Shown here: one piece after another, positions 54,051-64,000 of the stretch | How positions within the stretch are numbered: position 1 is the first letter of the stretch | How the letters are laid out: each line of letters begins with the position of its first letter | Assembly (NCBI GenBank): GCA_963823555.1 | Contig: CAWGMA010000002.1 | Span: 256,001 to 320,000, forward strand | Reading direction: 5' to 3' | DNA: 64,000 nt | Source of the DNA: Candidatus Eiseniibacteriota bacterium | GTDB lineage: Bacteria; Eisenbacteria; RBG-16-71-46; CAVPCR01 | Translations under genes and position numbers: made by a program | Notes under the pieces: generated by a model | The model's input: the letters and a program-made list of their open reading frames with translations, nothing else | What the model was told of the DNA's origin: nothing | The model's database searches: none

Positions 54051-55618
54051 AGCCCCTGACAGTCACCGTGTGCGCCATCGCGATCGTCGTGGGCTTGGCT
54101 GCGGACTCCACAGCAGAAGCGCCCCGCTCCACTACCGATCCGGCCGTTGTCACCTTCGGCCATTCTCCGCTGCCCGTGATCGATGCCGCCGACACGCTCC
54201 GGCTCGGACTGGGTGGCGCCATCACGATGGTGCTCAACGTCAGCGAGGAGGTCCGGATCGCCGAGTCCGATCTCGCCCGGGCGCGTTCGCTCGTGACCCA
54301 GAGCCGATCGCAGGTGTTGCCGCAGTTGAACGCCGGCCTGAGCTACGCGCGACAGTTCGCGAGCGTCTTCGAGGGCGAATCGGGCGCGGAGTTTCCGCCT
54401 TTCGAGCCCGACACTCTCGCCCCGCTCGAGGACCGCGTGCGTTATCTCGAGGAGAACACCCCCACGGCAGCCCTGTCGGGGCTCAGCGATCTCTTCGGGG
54501 ACCTGCCCTTCGGGCGCGAGCACAGCTGGGTGGCCAGCCTCGGCCTGAGCCAGAAGGTCTACAAGGGGGGTGCCCTCCTCGGTGCCATCCGTGCCGCCGA
54601 GCATGTGCGCGCCGCCGCCGATGAAGCCCTCGCCAGCGCGAAGACCGATCTCGTGCAGGCGGTCATGGAATCCTATCTGGGGGCGCTCCTGGCCGATCGC
54701 CTGGTCTCGATCGCCGAGATCGGCCTCGGCCAGGCCACGCAGCAGTATGAACTCGTGAGCCTGCACCACCAGGTGGGACGGGCGTCCGACTTCGACCTCC
54801 TGCAGGCCGAGGTCCAGCGCGACAACCAGAGACCACTCCTGGTCGAAGCCGAGAACGCGCGTTCCCTCGCCTACCTGAGCTTGCGCCGGCTCATCAACCT
54901 GTCGCCGAACAAGCCGCTGGTGCTCACGGACACCCTTCTTGCCGATAGCACTCCCATCCCCGACATCGCGAGCCTCGATCGGGAACAGCTCGCCCTCGAG
55001 GCCGAGAGCCGCCCGGCCATCCGCACGGTGGAAGAGGCCGTGGCCGCTCGCGAGCAAGGCGTGAACGTGGCTCGCAGCGGCTGGTTGCCGGAGGTCTCCC
55101 TGTTCGCGAACTACAGTCAGCAAGCCTATCCGGGCGATGTCGTCCCCGGCGGGGGGGACTGGGTGGACGACTTCGCGGTCGGCCTCCGGCTCGATCTGGC
55201 GCTCTTCGACGGGTTCCTGACCAGCGGTCGGGTGAGCGAGGCCAAGGCCCAGCTCCAGTCCGAGGCGCAGCGGCTGGCCATCCTCCGCGAGGAGCGGCGG
55301 CTGGCCGTCGAACAGCGGAGCGGCGAGCTCGAGCGAGCCCGTGCCGACCTCATGAGCAGGCAGCAGACCGTGCGCTTCGCCGCCAGGGCGCATGATCTGG
55401 CACGGCTTCGCTACGATGAGGGGGCGGCGAACCTGTTCGACGTCGCGGACGTGCGCGTCACCGAGCTGCTGGCACGCATCAACGAGGCGCGAGCCCGGTA
55501 CGACATGATGGTGGCGCTCGCGCGCCTCGAGAAGCTGACCGGCCGCCCGTTCCTGACCTCGCAGATCGTGCCGGGAGGAGTGGTCGACGTGCCCGTGGAG
55601 CCGGGGGAGGAGAAGTGA
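54047..55618 (+). CDS. TolC family outer-membrane efflux protein
   Basis: ATGA overlap with tetR; signal peptide; two OEP repeats (LPQLNAG..., WLPEVSL..., RLRYDEG). Confidence 0.88.
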   Translation: MKPLTVTVCAIAIVVGLAADSTAEAPRSTTDPAVVTFGHSPLPVIDAADTLRLGLGGAITMVLNVSEEVRIAESDLARARSLVTQSRSQVLPQLNAGLSYARQFASVFEGESGAEFPPFEPDTLAPLEDRVRYLEENTPTAALSGLSDLFGDLPFGREHSWVASLGLSQKVYKGGALLGAIRAAEHVRAAADEALASAKTDLVQAVMESYLGALLADRLVSIAEIGLGQATQQYELVSLHHQVGRASDFDLLQAEVQRDNQRPLLVEAENARSLAYLSLRRLINLSPNKPLVLTDTLLADSTPIPDIASLDREQLALEAESRPAIRTVEEAVAAREQGVNVARSGWLPEVSLFANYSQQAYPGDVVPGGGDWVDDFAVGLRLDLALFDGFLTSGRVSEAKAQLQSEAQRLAILREERRLAVEQRSGELERARADLMSRQQTVRFAARAHDLARLRYDEGAANLFDVADVRVTELLARINEARARYDMMVALARLEKLTGRPFLTSQIVPGGVVDVPVEPGEEK

Positions 55619-56802
55619 TGGAGAGGTGTAGCGTGATGACCCATCGGCCCGGGGTGCAGGGTGGATACGCCGGCATGTGGATCGCCGCCGGCTTGCTTCT
55701 GGCCGCGATCGGATGCGGTGGATCCCCGGAGGCCAACCGCGACGCGGATGAGGCCACGCTCATCGTCGCTCCGGATCGCGTGGTCGAGGCCGAGATCAGG
55801 CGACTCGAGGCCGGCGTGCCCTTCACCGGTGAGCTGCGCCCGATCCTGGCGGTCACGATCAAGGCGCAGATCGACGGCGATCTCGATGCGGTGCTGGTGC
55901 GCGAGGGGACACGGGTACGCGTTGGACAGCCGCTCGCGCGCTTCGATCCCGGCGACACGCGTGATCGCCACGCCGCCGCCGAAGCGGACTTCCTGGCGGC
56001 GAAGGCCGGGGCCATCGCCGCCACCAGTGATCTCAAGCGCGTCGAGCGCCTGCTGGAAGCCGGCGCCGCTTCGCCGGCCGAGCTCGAGCTGGCCCGGGCC
56101 AGCGCCGACGCGGCAGAGGCCAGACTGCGGCTCGCCGAGGCGACCCGGAATCGCGCCACCGATGACCTGGCGCGGCTCGATGTGCCGAGCCCGATCGCGG
56201 GAGAGGTGAGCCAGCGTTTCGTCGGTCAGGGAGACCACGTCGCCATCGGCGATCCGTTGATGACCGTGGTCGACACCGAGACCCTCGAGCTCGCGGCGAC
56301 CATTCCCGCCGATGCTCTCTCCCGGGTGCGCGTCGGCACTCCAGTGCGGTTTCAGGTCGATGCGTTCCCGGATCGGGTGTTCTCGGGGGAGGTGGCTCGT
56401 GTCAACCCGGTCACCGAACCGGGCACGCGCCAGGTGCAGATCTATGCCCGTTTGCCGAATCCGGAACGCCTGCTCGTGGGCGGTCTGTTCGCCTCGGGAC
56501 GGGTCGTCGATGCGGTCGCCGAGAGTGCCCTGGCGGTGCCCGTCGCCACGCTCCGCCAGGAGGCGGATACGCGTGTGGTGTATGTCGTTCGCGATGGCAG
56601 GACGGTGCGCGTGCCGGTGACCACCGGTTTCACCGATGAGGGCCTGGACCTGGTGGCCGTGAACGGGGATCTGGCTCCCGGGGACTCGCTCCTCATGGGC
56701 ACGATTCCCGGGCTCCGGTCCGGGATCCCGATCCGTCTCAGCGGCAACAACGGCAAGAACCAGGACGGCGGCACCGCGCCCGGGCACGCGGCAGGACAGT
56801 AG
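55615..56802 (+). CDS. RND efflux periplasmic adaptor (MFP), lipoprotein
   Basis: Lipobox LAAIGC; lipoyl halves VREGTRVRVGQPL and SPIAGEV; alpha-hairpin; beta-barrel. Confidence 0.92.
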   Translation: MMERCSVMTHRPGVQGGYAGMWIAAGLLLAAIGCGGSPEANRDADEATLIVAPDRVVEAEIRRLEAGVPFTGELRPILAVTIKAQIDGDLDAVLVREGTRVRVGQPLARFDPGDTRDRHAAAEADFLAAKAGAIAATSDLKRVERLLEAGAASPAELELARASADAAEARLRLAEATRNRATDDLARLDVPSPIAGEVSQRFVGQGDHVAIGDPLMTVVDTETLELAATIPADALSRVRVGTPVRFQVDAFPDRVFSGEVARVNPVTEPGTRQVQIYARLPNPERLLVGGLFASGRVVDAVAESALAVPVATLRQEADTRVVYVVRDGRTVRVPVTTGFTDEGLDLVAVNGDLAPGDSLLMGTIPGLRSGIPIRLSGNNGKNQDGGTAPGHAAGQ

Positions 56803-56805
56803 GAC

Positions 56806-59800
56806 ATGTTTCTCTCCGAACTCTCGATCAAACGCCCTGTCTTCGCCACGATGATGATGGTGGCGCTGGCCACGCTCGGCATCTTCTCCTACCGGCGCCT
56901 CAACATCGATCAATGGCCGGATATCGACTTCCCGGTGATCGTCGTGCAGACCATCTACCCCGGCGCCTCGCCGGAGGCGGTCGAGCGCGAGGTCACCCGC
57001 CGGGTCGAGGAGGTCGTGAACCCGATCGAGGGCGTGCGCGAGCTCACCTCGACGTCCCTCGAGGGGCTGTCGAGCGTGGTCGCCATGTTCGAACTGGATG
57101 TGAACAGCCTCGACGCCCAGCAGGACGTCCGGACCAAGATCGAGTCGATCCGCGCCGAGTTGCCGGCCGACATCGAGGAGCCGCTCGTCCTGCGCTTCGA
57201 TCCCGACGAGATCCCGATCATGTCGCTCGCCCTGCGCTCGGAACGGCAGAGCCGGCGCGAGCTGACGACCCTCGCCGAGGAGACGCTCAAGAAGCGGCTC
57301 GAGGCGGTGACCGGCGTCGGTCAGGTCTCGATCGTCGGCGGCGAGAAGCGCGCGGTCGTGATCGAGCTCGATCCCGACCGCATGGCCGCGAGCCAGGTCA
57401 GCGTGGGCGAGGTGATGGCGGCGGTCGCGGGGGAGAACCGCGAGATCCCGGCCGGGCGCCTGGAGTGGGGACCGGGGGAGCGCCTCGTCCGGCTCGAGGG
57501 GCGGATGCGGACGCCCGAGGAGTTCGCGACCATCGCCGTCGCCCAGCGCGGCGGGCGAGTGGTTCGTCTGGGCGAGGTGGCGACCCCGCGTGACGACGCC
57601 GAGGAGCGGCGCTCGGCGGCCTTCGTCGGCGCCGAGCCCGCGGTGGCGATCGATATCCGGAAGGTGTCGGGGGCCAACACCGTGGAGGTCGCCGATCGGC
57701 TCAAGGAGGAGATGGACGGGCTCCGTGCCGTCGTGCCGGAGGGCACCGAGCTCGGCATCGTGCGCGACAATTCGATCTGGATCCGCGAGTCGGTGGAGGA
57801 CGTGCAGACCACGATCATCATCGGCGCGATTCTGACCGTGCTCGTCGTCTTCCTGTTTCTGAACTCATGGCGTTCGACGGTGATCACCGGACTCACCCTG
57901 CCGGTGTCCTTGATCAGCGCCTTTCTCGCCGTGTATGCCTTCGGCTTCACGCTCAATGTGATGACCCTGATGGGCCTCTCGCTCGCCACCGGGATCCTGA
58001 TCGACGATGCCATCGTGGTTCGGGAGAACATCGTGCGCCACGTGCAGCGCGGAGAGGACCATCACACCGCGGCGCGAAAGGGCACGAGCGAGATCGGTCT
58101 CGCGGTGATGGCGACGACCTTCACGATCGTCGCCGTGTTCGTGCCGGTGGCCTTCATGGGCGGCATCGTCGGCAAGTTCTTCTACGAGTTCGGGATCACC
58201 GTCACCTTCGCCGTGCTCGTGAGTCTCTTCGTCTCCTTCACGCTCGACCCCATGCTGTCCTCGGTGTGGTACGACCCGGTGGCCGCCGGGACCGCCGAGC
58301 ACGGGCGATTCGGGCGGGCCATCGAGCGCTTCAATGACAGTTTCGTCGGGATCGGGAAGCGCTACCGCCGGATCATCGGCTGGGCGCTCTCGCATCGAAT
58401 CGCCACCCTCGGCATCGCCATCGCTTCCCTCATCGGGGCGATGGCGCTCTTCCCGCTCATCGGGGGCGATTTCATGCCCAAGTCGGACGAGGGCGAGCTC
58501 GCGGTCGTGGTCAAGACCCCGGTCGGCTCGAGCCTCGAGTACACGCAGGAGCGCGTGCGCGAGGTGGCGACCCTCATCGAGCGGCATCCGGAGGTCGCCT
58601 ACACCTACTCGACCGTGGGGGGTGGCTGGGAGGGGCAGGTCAACGAGACCGAGATGTACGTGAAGCTGGTGCCCAAACGGAAGCGCGAGCTGAATCAGTT
58701 CCAGTTCGAGGAGCGATTGCGCGAGGAGCTCGGCGCGCTCCCCGGCCTTCGGGTCTCGGTGCTCCAGTCCGGCGGGCTGGGCGGTCCCGAGAAGCCGGTT
58801 CAGGTCTACGTGAGCGGACCACAGCTCGACGAGCTCCGCCGGATCTCGGATGACTTCCTGGCTCTCATGCGCCGCACGCCCGGGTTGATCGAGGTCGAGT
58901 CGGGGCTCGAGGCCGATCGACCGGAACTGCGGGTCGAGCTGCGCCGGGATCTCGCCAGCGATCTGGGGCTCGGCGTGGCGGCGGTGGCGCAGACCCTGCG
59001 CCCAGCGCTCGCCGGGGACGAGATCAGCTCCTGGGAGGACCCGGACGGCGAGGAGCATCCGGTGATCGTACGGTTGCCCCAGTCGGCCCGCACATCCGCC
59101 GACGAGCTGGCGCGGCTCCCGCTCCTGACCGGGACCGTCGATCCCCTGACGGGGGCGCCGCGCACCGTGACGCTCGGCCACATCGCGCGCCTCGAGGAAT
59201 CGGCGGGTCCGCAGAAGATCGAGCGGCGGAACCTCGAGCGGCTGGTCGCGCTCGAGGCCAACTACGACCAGCGCACGCTCACCGAGGTGAGCCGCGACAT
59301 CGAGCGCGGGGCGAAGGCGATCGACATGCCGCCCGGGTACCGCATGGTGCTCGGCGGCGAGACCGAGCACTTCCGGGAGACCGTGGGCTTCATCCTCGAG
59401 AGCCTGGTCCTTGCCGTGGTCTTCATCTATCTCATCCTGGCGAGCCAGTTCGGCGCCTTCCTGCAGCCGCTCGCCATCATGCTGTCCTTGCCGCTGTCGC
59501 TGGTCGGTGTGTTCCTCGGGCTCCTCGCCACCGGCTCGACGTTCAACCTGATGAGCATGATCGGGCTCATCCTGTTGATGGGGCTCGTGACCAAGAACGC
59601 GATCCTGCTCGTCGACTTCGCCAACCAGGCGCGGGCGCGCGGCTCGGATCGGCGGCGCGCGCTGATCGATGCCGGAGAGACGCGGCTCCGGCCGATCGTG
59701 ATGACCACGCTCGCGATGATCTTCGGCATGCTGCCGATCGCGCTCGCGATCGGCGCCGGGGCCGAGTTCCGGGCGCCGATGGCGCGCGCGGTGATCGGCG

Positions 59801-59949
59801 GGCTCATCGCCTCGACGCTGCTCACGCTCGTCGTGGTGCCGGTGGTCTATACCTTCCTCGATGATGCGGGGGGGTGGGTGAAGCGGCGGCTGACTCGGGA
59901 GCGGCGCAGTCACGCCACCGATCTTCCTCCCTCGCTTCCGTTGCGGTAG
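56806..59949 (+). CDS. RND efflux transporter permease (AcrB/HAE1-like)
   Basis: [52 protein letters not shown]. Confidence 0.96.
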   Translation: MFLSELSIKRPVFATMMMVALATLGIFSYRRLNIDQWPDIDFPVIVVQTIYPGASPEAVEREVTRRVEEVVNPIEGVRELTSTSLEGLSSVVAMFELDVNSLDAQQDVRTKIESIRAELPADIEEPLVLRFDPDEIPIMSLALRSERQSRRELTTLAEETLKKRLEAVTGVGQVSIVGGEKRAVVIELDPDRMAASQVSVGEVMAAVAGENREIPAGRLEWGPGERLVRLEGRMRTPEEFATIAVAQRGGRVVRLGEVATPRDDAEERRSAAFVGAEPAVAIDIRKVSGANTVEVADRLKEEMDGLRAVVPEGTELGIVRDNSIWIRESVEDVQTTIIIGAILTVLVVFLFLNSWRSTVITGLTLPVSLISAFLAVYAFGFTLNVMTLMGLSLATGILIDDAIVVRENIVRHVQRGEDHHTAARKGTSEIGLAVMATTFTIVAVFVPVAFMGGIVGKFFYEFGITVTFAVLVSLFVSFTLDPMLSSVWYDPVAAGTAEHGRFGRAIERFNDSFVGIGKRYRRIIGWALSHRIATLGIAIASLIGAMALFPLIGGDFMPKSDEGELAVVVKTPVGSSLEYTQERVREVATLIERHPEVAYTYSTVGGGWEGQVNETEMYVKLVPKRKRELNQFQFEERLREELGALPGLRVSVLQSGGLGGPEKPVQVYVSGPQLDELRRISDDFLALMRRTPGLIEVESGLEADRPELRVELRRDLASDLGLGVAAVAQTLRPALAGDEISSWEDPDGEEHPVIVRLPQSARTSADELARLPLLTGTVDPLTGAPRTVTLGHIARLEESAGPQKIERRNLERLVALEANYDQRTLTEVSRDIERGAKAIDMPPGYRMVLGGETEHFRETVGFILESLVLAVVFIYLILASQFGAFLQPLAIMLSLPLSLVGVFLGLLATGSTFNLMSMIGLILLMGLVTKNAILLVDFANQARARGSDRRRALIDAGETRLRPIVMTTLAMIFGMLPIALAIGAGAEFRAPMARAVIGGLIASTLLTLVVVPVVYTFLDDAGGWVKRRLTRERRSHATDLPPSLPLR

Positions 59950-62217
59950 CGCCAGGAAGCACGCCATTGGGCGAGGTGGGCCTCGGCCTGCTGGGCGGAG
60001 ATGCGGCGTTCGTTGAAGAAGCAGGCCAGGGCACGCCCGGTCCTGGGATGGATGCCGAGCTTGGTGGTGAGCTGGTGGGGCGCCAGGCCGCCGATGTCGA
60101 TGCGGCCTTCATGCTGTCCGGCGATGTGGTGTCCGGCGCACAGGGTGGTCTTGTTGCTGGGGTCATTGGAGCCGCCCATGGGCGCGGGCACGCATGTGAT
60201 GGGCGTGAAGATTGGCGCGGGACGTACACCCGGGGCAGGAGCAGAGGTAGCGATCGCGGGCGATGATGCGATGCCGGCGGGCGAGAGCGCGGGCAAGTGG
60301 CGTGTCGTGAGTGTGGAAGAAGTGGAGGAGGATGAGCTCGAATGAAGTCCACATGGGACTGAGTGGTTGGCGCAGGAAGTGGCGAGCGGCGTCGAGTGCC
60401 TGGTGAGCCAGAGGCCGGACGTCGGCGGGAAGCCAGAAGCGGATGCGGGCGATGCAGAGCTCGGGCGGGGCGAGGGCGATGTCGTCGGGGATGCCCGTGA
60501 TCCTGGGGAGAGCGCCGGGAGCGGTGGGTGGAAGAGCAACGCCGAGGGGCAGGGGCGGGTCGGTGGCTGAACCGAGGCTGGCGATGCCGAGGGTGGCTGC
60601 AAACGCGGTCGCTTCGGCTCCAGCCATGGATTCAACCTGCCCTTCGACCTGCCGGGCGAGGCCCTGAGACCTGAGTCCGCGGATCCAGGACGCAAGGACG
60701 GTGGGATGGGCCTCGGGGAGGGTGTAGGTGCGAGCGAACTCGACCACGCGCTCGAGCTCGCGATAGGTGATGCCGTCGGCCCAGCGCACCCAGATCGGCT
60801 CGGTGGCCGGATGGAGGATGGGCAGGAGGAGGAGGGCCGCGGTGTAGGAGAGGGCGCCCTCGAGATAGGCCTGCTCGAGGCGGGGGAAGCGGTGGAGGCC
60901 CCTCTGGAAACGGAGCAGGCGTTCGGCGCGGCGCACGCCGAAGCCGAGGCGGCGTTCGCAGTAGTCGGCGAACGAGGAGAAGCCGAGGAGGCGCCATGAT
61001 CCGTCCGCGGTGAGGCGCTCGAGGTGGACCGCGATCGAAAGGCGGAGCTTCTTCTTCAAGTGCGCGAGGCGGGCGAGGGTGGCGGCGATCTGCCAGGGAT
61101 CGGCCTCCTCATCGCATACGCAATCGGCGGGGAGCTGGTGCTCGGGGTGGCGCCAGTCGAGAACCGGTGACCTCGCCGTGGCCGATGCCGGGCCGTCATC
61201 GCTGGGCGCCAGGGGTCGGCTTTCTCCCGGCGTCGCGCTCACCGGCGCCGACTCCGCACCCGCGGCGTGCGGCTCCCGATTCATTGCAGCGATCACGGCA
61301 TCCAGAAAGCGCTCGCGCTGGGATCCCACCGCATCACCCTTGCTTTCCTTCGGGGACTCGGCCGTGGCGCCCTGCGCCGACAGGTACTCGGCGAAGATCA
61401 GCTCCGCACATTGGCCGTGGTGGAGATGGCGGCCGGCGGCGGCGCGGGCCAGCTCGACGGCGGCATGCCACAGGACGGCGACGCGGGCTGGAGCGGCGAT
61501 CGACATCCAGCCCCCGGCCGGGGGCCCAGCGAAATCGCCTCCTGCAGCGAACGCCCCGAGGTCGGCCCCCGCACTGAGATCGAGAACGGTGACCGCCGCG
61601 GCTTCCTCGGCATCTGCGGTCGCCGCCTTGGCCACCACCCCAGCCACCGCTTGCTTCCTCTCGGCGCGCGTCCGGCGTACCAGCCGATGCAGCGTGCGGA
61701 TCGACATCCCTTGCGCGCGCTCGATCCACGCCTGGCGCTCGGCGGCCGGGGTGGTTGCATCCACCACCGTGCCGAGCTCGATGGCGTGGGAGGCGGAGAT
61801 GTGCCCGGCGACGAGCGCCTGGTCGATGTCGGGAGCCGTGCGGAGGACGCGGCCGAGTCGCGCCAGCCAGCGGGCGCGGCCTTCCTTGATGCCGAGCTCC
61901 TCGCGCACGAAGTCGGTGGCGCGCACGAAGCCGAGGGGGCGATAGAGCTCGCGGTCCCAGAGCAAGGCGAGACCACGCGCGAGCTCGCGATCCGCTTCAC
62001 TCTCGGCGCGCGCAAGGCGCCACAGCGCGGCGTCGCGGGCCAGGGCCGCGGGCTGGGCACCGAGGCTGGCCACCCGCGGATCAGGCACCGCCGCTGGATT
62101 CGTGCCCGCTACGGAAGACGGCCTCGCCGTCGCAATGGCAACCGACACCGATCGACTCCCCATCGTGAGCGCGCCGGGCGCACGCCTTCTGTTGCCAGCC
62201 GGAAGCGCGCGCCGCAT
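59910..62217 (-). CDS. Large DUF222-like, internally duplicated HNH endonuclease (copy 2; +1 frameshift at ~60175-60177 inside the HNH motif)
   Basis: Colinear homology to 12432..14786. RDRYLCSCPGCTSRANLHAHHMRARAHG continues in a second frame as GSNDPSNKTTLCAGHH...LGIHPRTGRAL...VA*. Start 62217 or 62163. 3' end overlaps the RND gene by 40 nt. Confidence 0.82.
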
Positions 62218-62329
62218 GGGAGCAAACCGCGCCTCGGCCCATCATGGTTCGGGGTCTGTCGGGGTCCTTGGGGCTCGTCGCCGCCGCAGGGTGGGAGGGG
62301 AGGGCGGACGATGCGAGCCGACTCCCTGG

Positions 62330-62359
62330 AGTCTAGAAGGCCAGTTCGGGGCCCGTCAA
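62330..62359 (-). promoter_or_regulatory. Sigma70-type promoter candidate for HNH copy 2
   Basis: Minus strand TTGACG, 18-nt spacer, TAGACT. Confidence 0.55.
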
Positions 62360-62396
62360 CACAAAAGTATAGTCCCGTCGAAAATGCCCACAGATA

Positions 62397-62431
62397 CCAC
62401 ATAAGTCTTTATCATATATGCATATATGTGG
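62397..62431. repeat. AT-rich palindromic element
   Basis: Outer inverted repeat ccacata...tatgtgg; perfect 16-bp palindrome catatatgcatatatg (62413-62428). Confidence 0.8.
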
Positions 62432-62641
62432 CTGTTGCGGGTTCCGCTCACCCGGGGGCGGCATCCCGCCTGCCTCCTCCGACCTCCCGGGGAGCCCCCG
62501 TTCTCCCACCTCGCGACCAGGCGCGAGCGGCCACCGGGATCCCGCCCCGGATCCCTCAGGTACACTGCCGCGGCGATTTGCTAGCATCATATGTCCGTTT
62601 CGCTCGGCCCCCCACCCATCAACACAGGACCCGGAAGGACC

Positions 62642-63163
62642 ATGAACACTCGCCATTGCTCTGTCTTGCTCATCCTGTTCGCCGTCACCACCCTCGGCAT
62701 CGCCCCGGCCCAGGCGGATCCGATTCCCTACCCCGATGAGTGGATCGGCGTCTGGGAGATCACGTCCATTGCTCGAGACTGCGACACGCAGGCTATCCTC
62801 TTTCAGAACACGGTTCTGGACACGATCTGTGCCGGGGAAATCTACGAGCCGGACCCGGAGGATCCGCTGACCTGCTCGGGGACGATCACCCAGAACACGG
62901 TCAGCATCCAGTGCGAGGGTTCCTACGAGGAGGAGCCGGGGTGCACGGCCAATGTGCAGCTCACGATCGATGGCACCCGCAACGGCAATGCATGGAGCTC
63001 GACGACTCGAATCGAGACCACTTTCGTCGGCTCGACGTGTCCCATCTCCGAGTTCTGCATCGTGACAACTCAGAACGCGGCCCGGATCGATCTCGATCCT
63101 GATTGCCCGGCGGCGCCCGTCGAGCCCATCACCTGGGGATCGCTCAAGCACATGTATGACTGA
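62642..63163 (+). CDS. Small secreted Cys-rich beta protein with C-terminal TWG tail
   Basis: gaagga RBS; signal peptide ending APAQA; 'WIGVW' start like a lipocalin barrel; 8 Cys in the mature part; ends DCPAAPVEPITWGSLKHMYD. Confidence 0.8.
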   Translation: MNTRHCSVLLILFAVTTLGIAPAQADPIPYPDEWIGVWEITSIARDCDTQAILFQNTVLDTICAGEIYEPDPEDPLTCSGTITQNTVSIQCEGSYEEEPGCTANVQLTIDGTRNGNAWSSTTRIETTFVGSTCPISEFCIVTTQNAARIDLDPDCPAAPVEPITWGSLKHMYD

Positions 63164-63256
63164 GACGCCGGCTCCCTCGTGAGGAAGGAGCGGTCGCACC
63201 TATTGCGATTCTCGAGCTGGGCGGCCTCCCGGGCCGCCCAGTTTCATCCTGGCCCG

Positions 63257-64000
63257 CTACTGCAAGAGCGACAGGAACACCCCCGCCACGACCGCGGATC
63301 CGACCACTCCGGCGACATTGGGTCCCATCGCCGGCATGAGAACATTGACCTCGCCATCGGTGCTGTCGGAGACGAACTTCTGGACCACCCGCGCGGCCAT
63401 CGGCACGGCGGATACGCCGGCGGCGCCGATGCACGGGTTGATCTTCCTCGACGCCGGCAGCGCCAGGTTGAGGAGCTTCGCGAAGAGGACGCCGCCCGCC
63501 GTGCTGAAGGAGAACGCCACCGCTCCGAGCGCGAGGATCATGAGCGTCTGGGTCGTGAGAAATCTCGTGCTCTCCATCGTGGCGCCGACGGTGATGGCCA
63601 GGAAGATGGTGACGATGTCGATGAGCGGACCGCTGGCGGTCTTGCGCAGGCGCTCGGTGACCCCGCTCTCCCGGAGGAGGTTCCCGAACATGAGCATGCC
63701 GACCAGCGGTGCGCTCGAGGGCACGGCGAGAGAGGCCACGGCTCCCGTGACCAGCGGGAACAGGACGACCGCCGTCTTCGACACTCGCATCGCCTGCGGC
63801 ATCGGGATCGACCGCTCGTGCTTCGTGGTCAGGAGACGCATGATCGGCGGCTGGATGATGGGGACGAGCGACATGTAGCTGTAGGCCGCCAGTGCCACCG
63901 GGCCCAGGATGTGCGGGGCCAGCTGGGACGAGAGGAAGATCGTGGTCGGCCCGTCGGCGCCGCCGATGATCCCGATGGCAGCCGCCTCTTGCGGCGTGAA
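63257..64000 (-). CDS. oadB: Sodium ion-translocating decarboxylase beta subunit (C-terminal part; 5' end outside window)
   Basis: [56 protein letters not shown]. The exact decarboxylase (OAD/MMD/GCD) cannot be determined from the beta subunit alone. Confidence 0.9.
   Translation of the reverse strand, partial: FTPQEAAAIGIIGGADGPTTIFLSSQLAPHILGPVALAAYSYMSLVPIIQPPIMRLLTTKHERSIPMPQAMRVSKTAVVLFPLVTGAVASLAVPSSAPLVGMLMFGNLLRESGVTERLRKTASGPLIDIVTIFLAITVGATMESTRFLTTQTLMILALGAVAFSFSTAGGVLFAKLLNLALPASRKINPCIGAAGVSAVPMAARVVQKFVSDSTDGEVNVLMPAMGPNVAGVVGSAVVAGVFLSLLQ

Noticed and set aside
60170..60185. Programmed ribosomal frameshift in HNH copy 2
   Set aside because: No slippery heptamer, and the paralogue is continuous at the same position.
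62390..62425. Chromosomal dif (XerCD) site
   Set aside because: Only the CATAA of the XerC arm matches; no TTATGTTAAAT-like XerD arm lies 6 bp away.

Overview
High-GC bacterial chromosomal window, mostly housekeeping and accessory genes. No rRNA, tRNA, CRISPR array, integrase or transposase was recognised. Secreted proteins ending in FlgD-Ig/T9SS-like C-terminal domains, or in a short 'VE-x2-TWG-x-[IL]K-x2-[FY]' tail, suggest an FCB-related uncultured lineage such as Eisenbacteria, Krumholzibacteriota or Latescibacterota (inference). About 50 genes are described, including rsgA (partial), miaE, an M16 peptidase pair, M1 and S9 peptidases, acs, MscS, a kinase-STAND-TPR protein, a PflX-like radical SAM enzyme, a GAF/zinc-ribbon/SPFH cluster, a BNR propeller plus ThiS/MoaD pair, an ABC-2 exporter, a TetR-TolC-MFP-RND operon and oadB (partial). 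Highlights: (1) a selenocysteine-containing BCP peroxiredoxin, split by the ORF track, with an in-frame TGA at the peroxidatic position and a bSECIS-like hairpin; (2) two diverged paralogues of a large internally duplicated DUF222-like/HNH nuclease, each with a long upstream non-coding region and a local G/C strand-skew switch, a candidate selfish nuclease element; (3) a shared short C-terminal 'TWG' tail on two unrelated secreted proteins, a candidate protein-sorting signal distinct from the FlgD-like CTD; (4) a lower-GC islet with a 12-Cys secreted protein; (5) several apparent +1 frameshifts that may be assembly errors. All family calls come from recognising motifs by eye; no searches were run.
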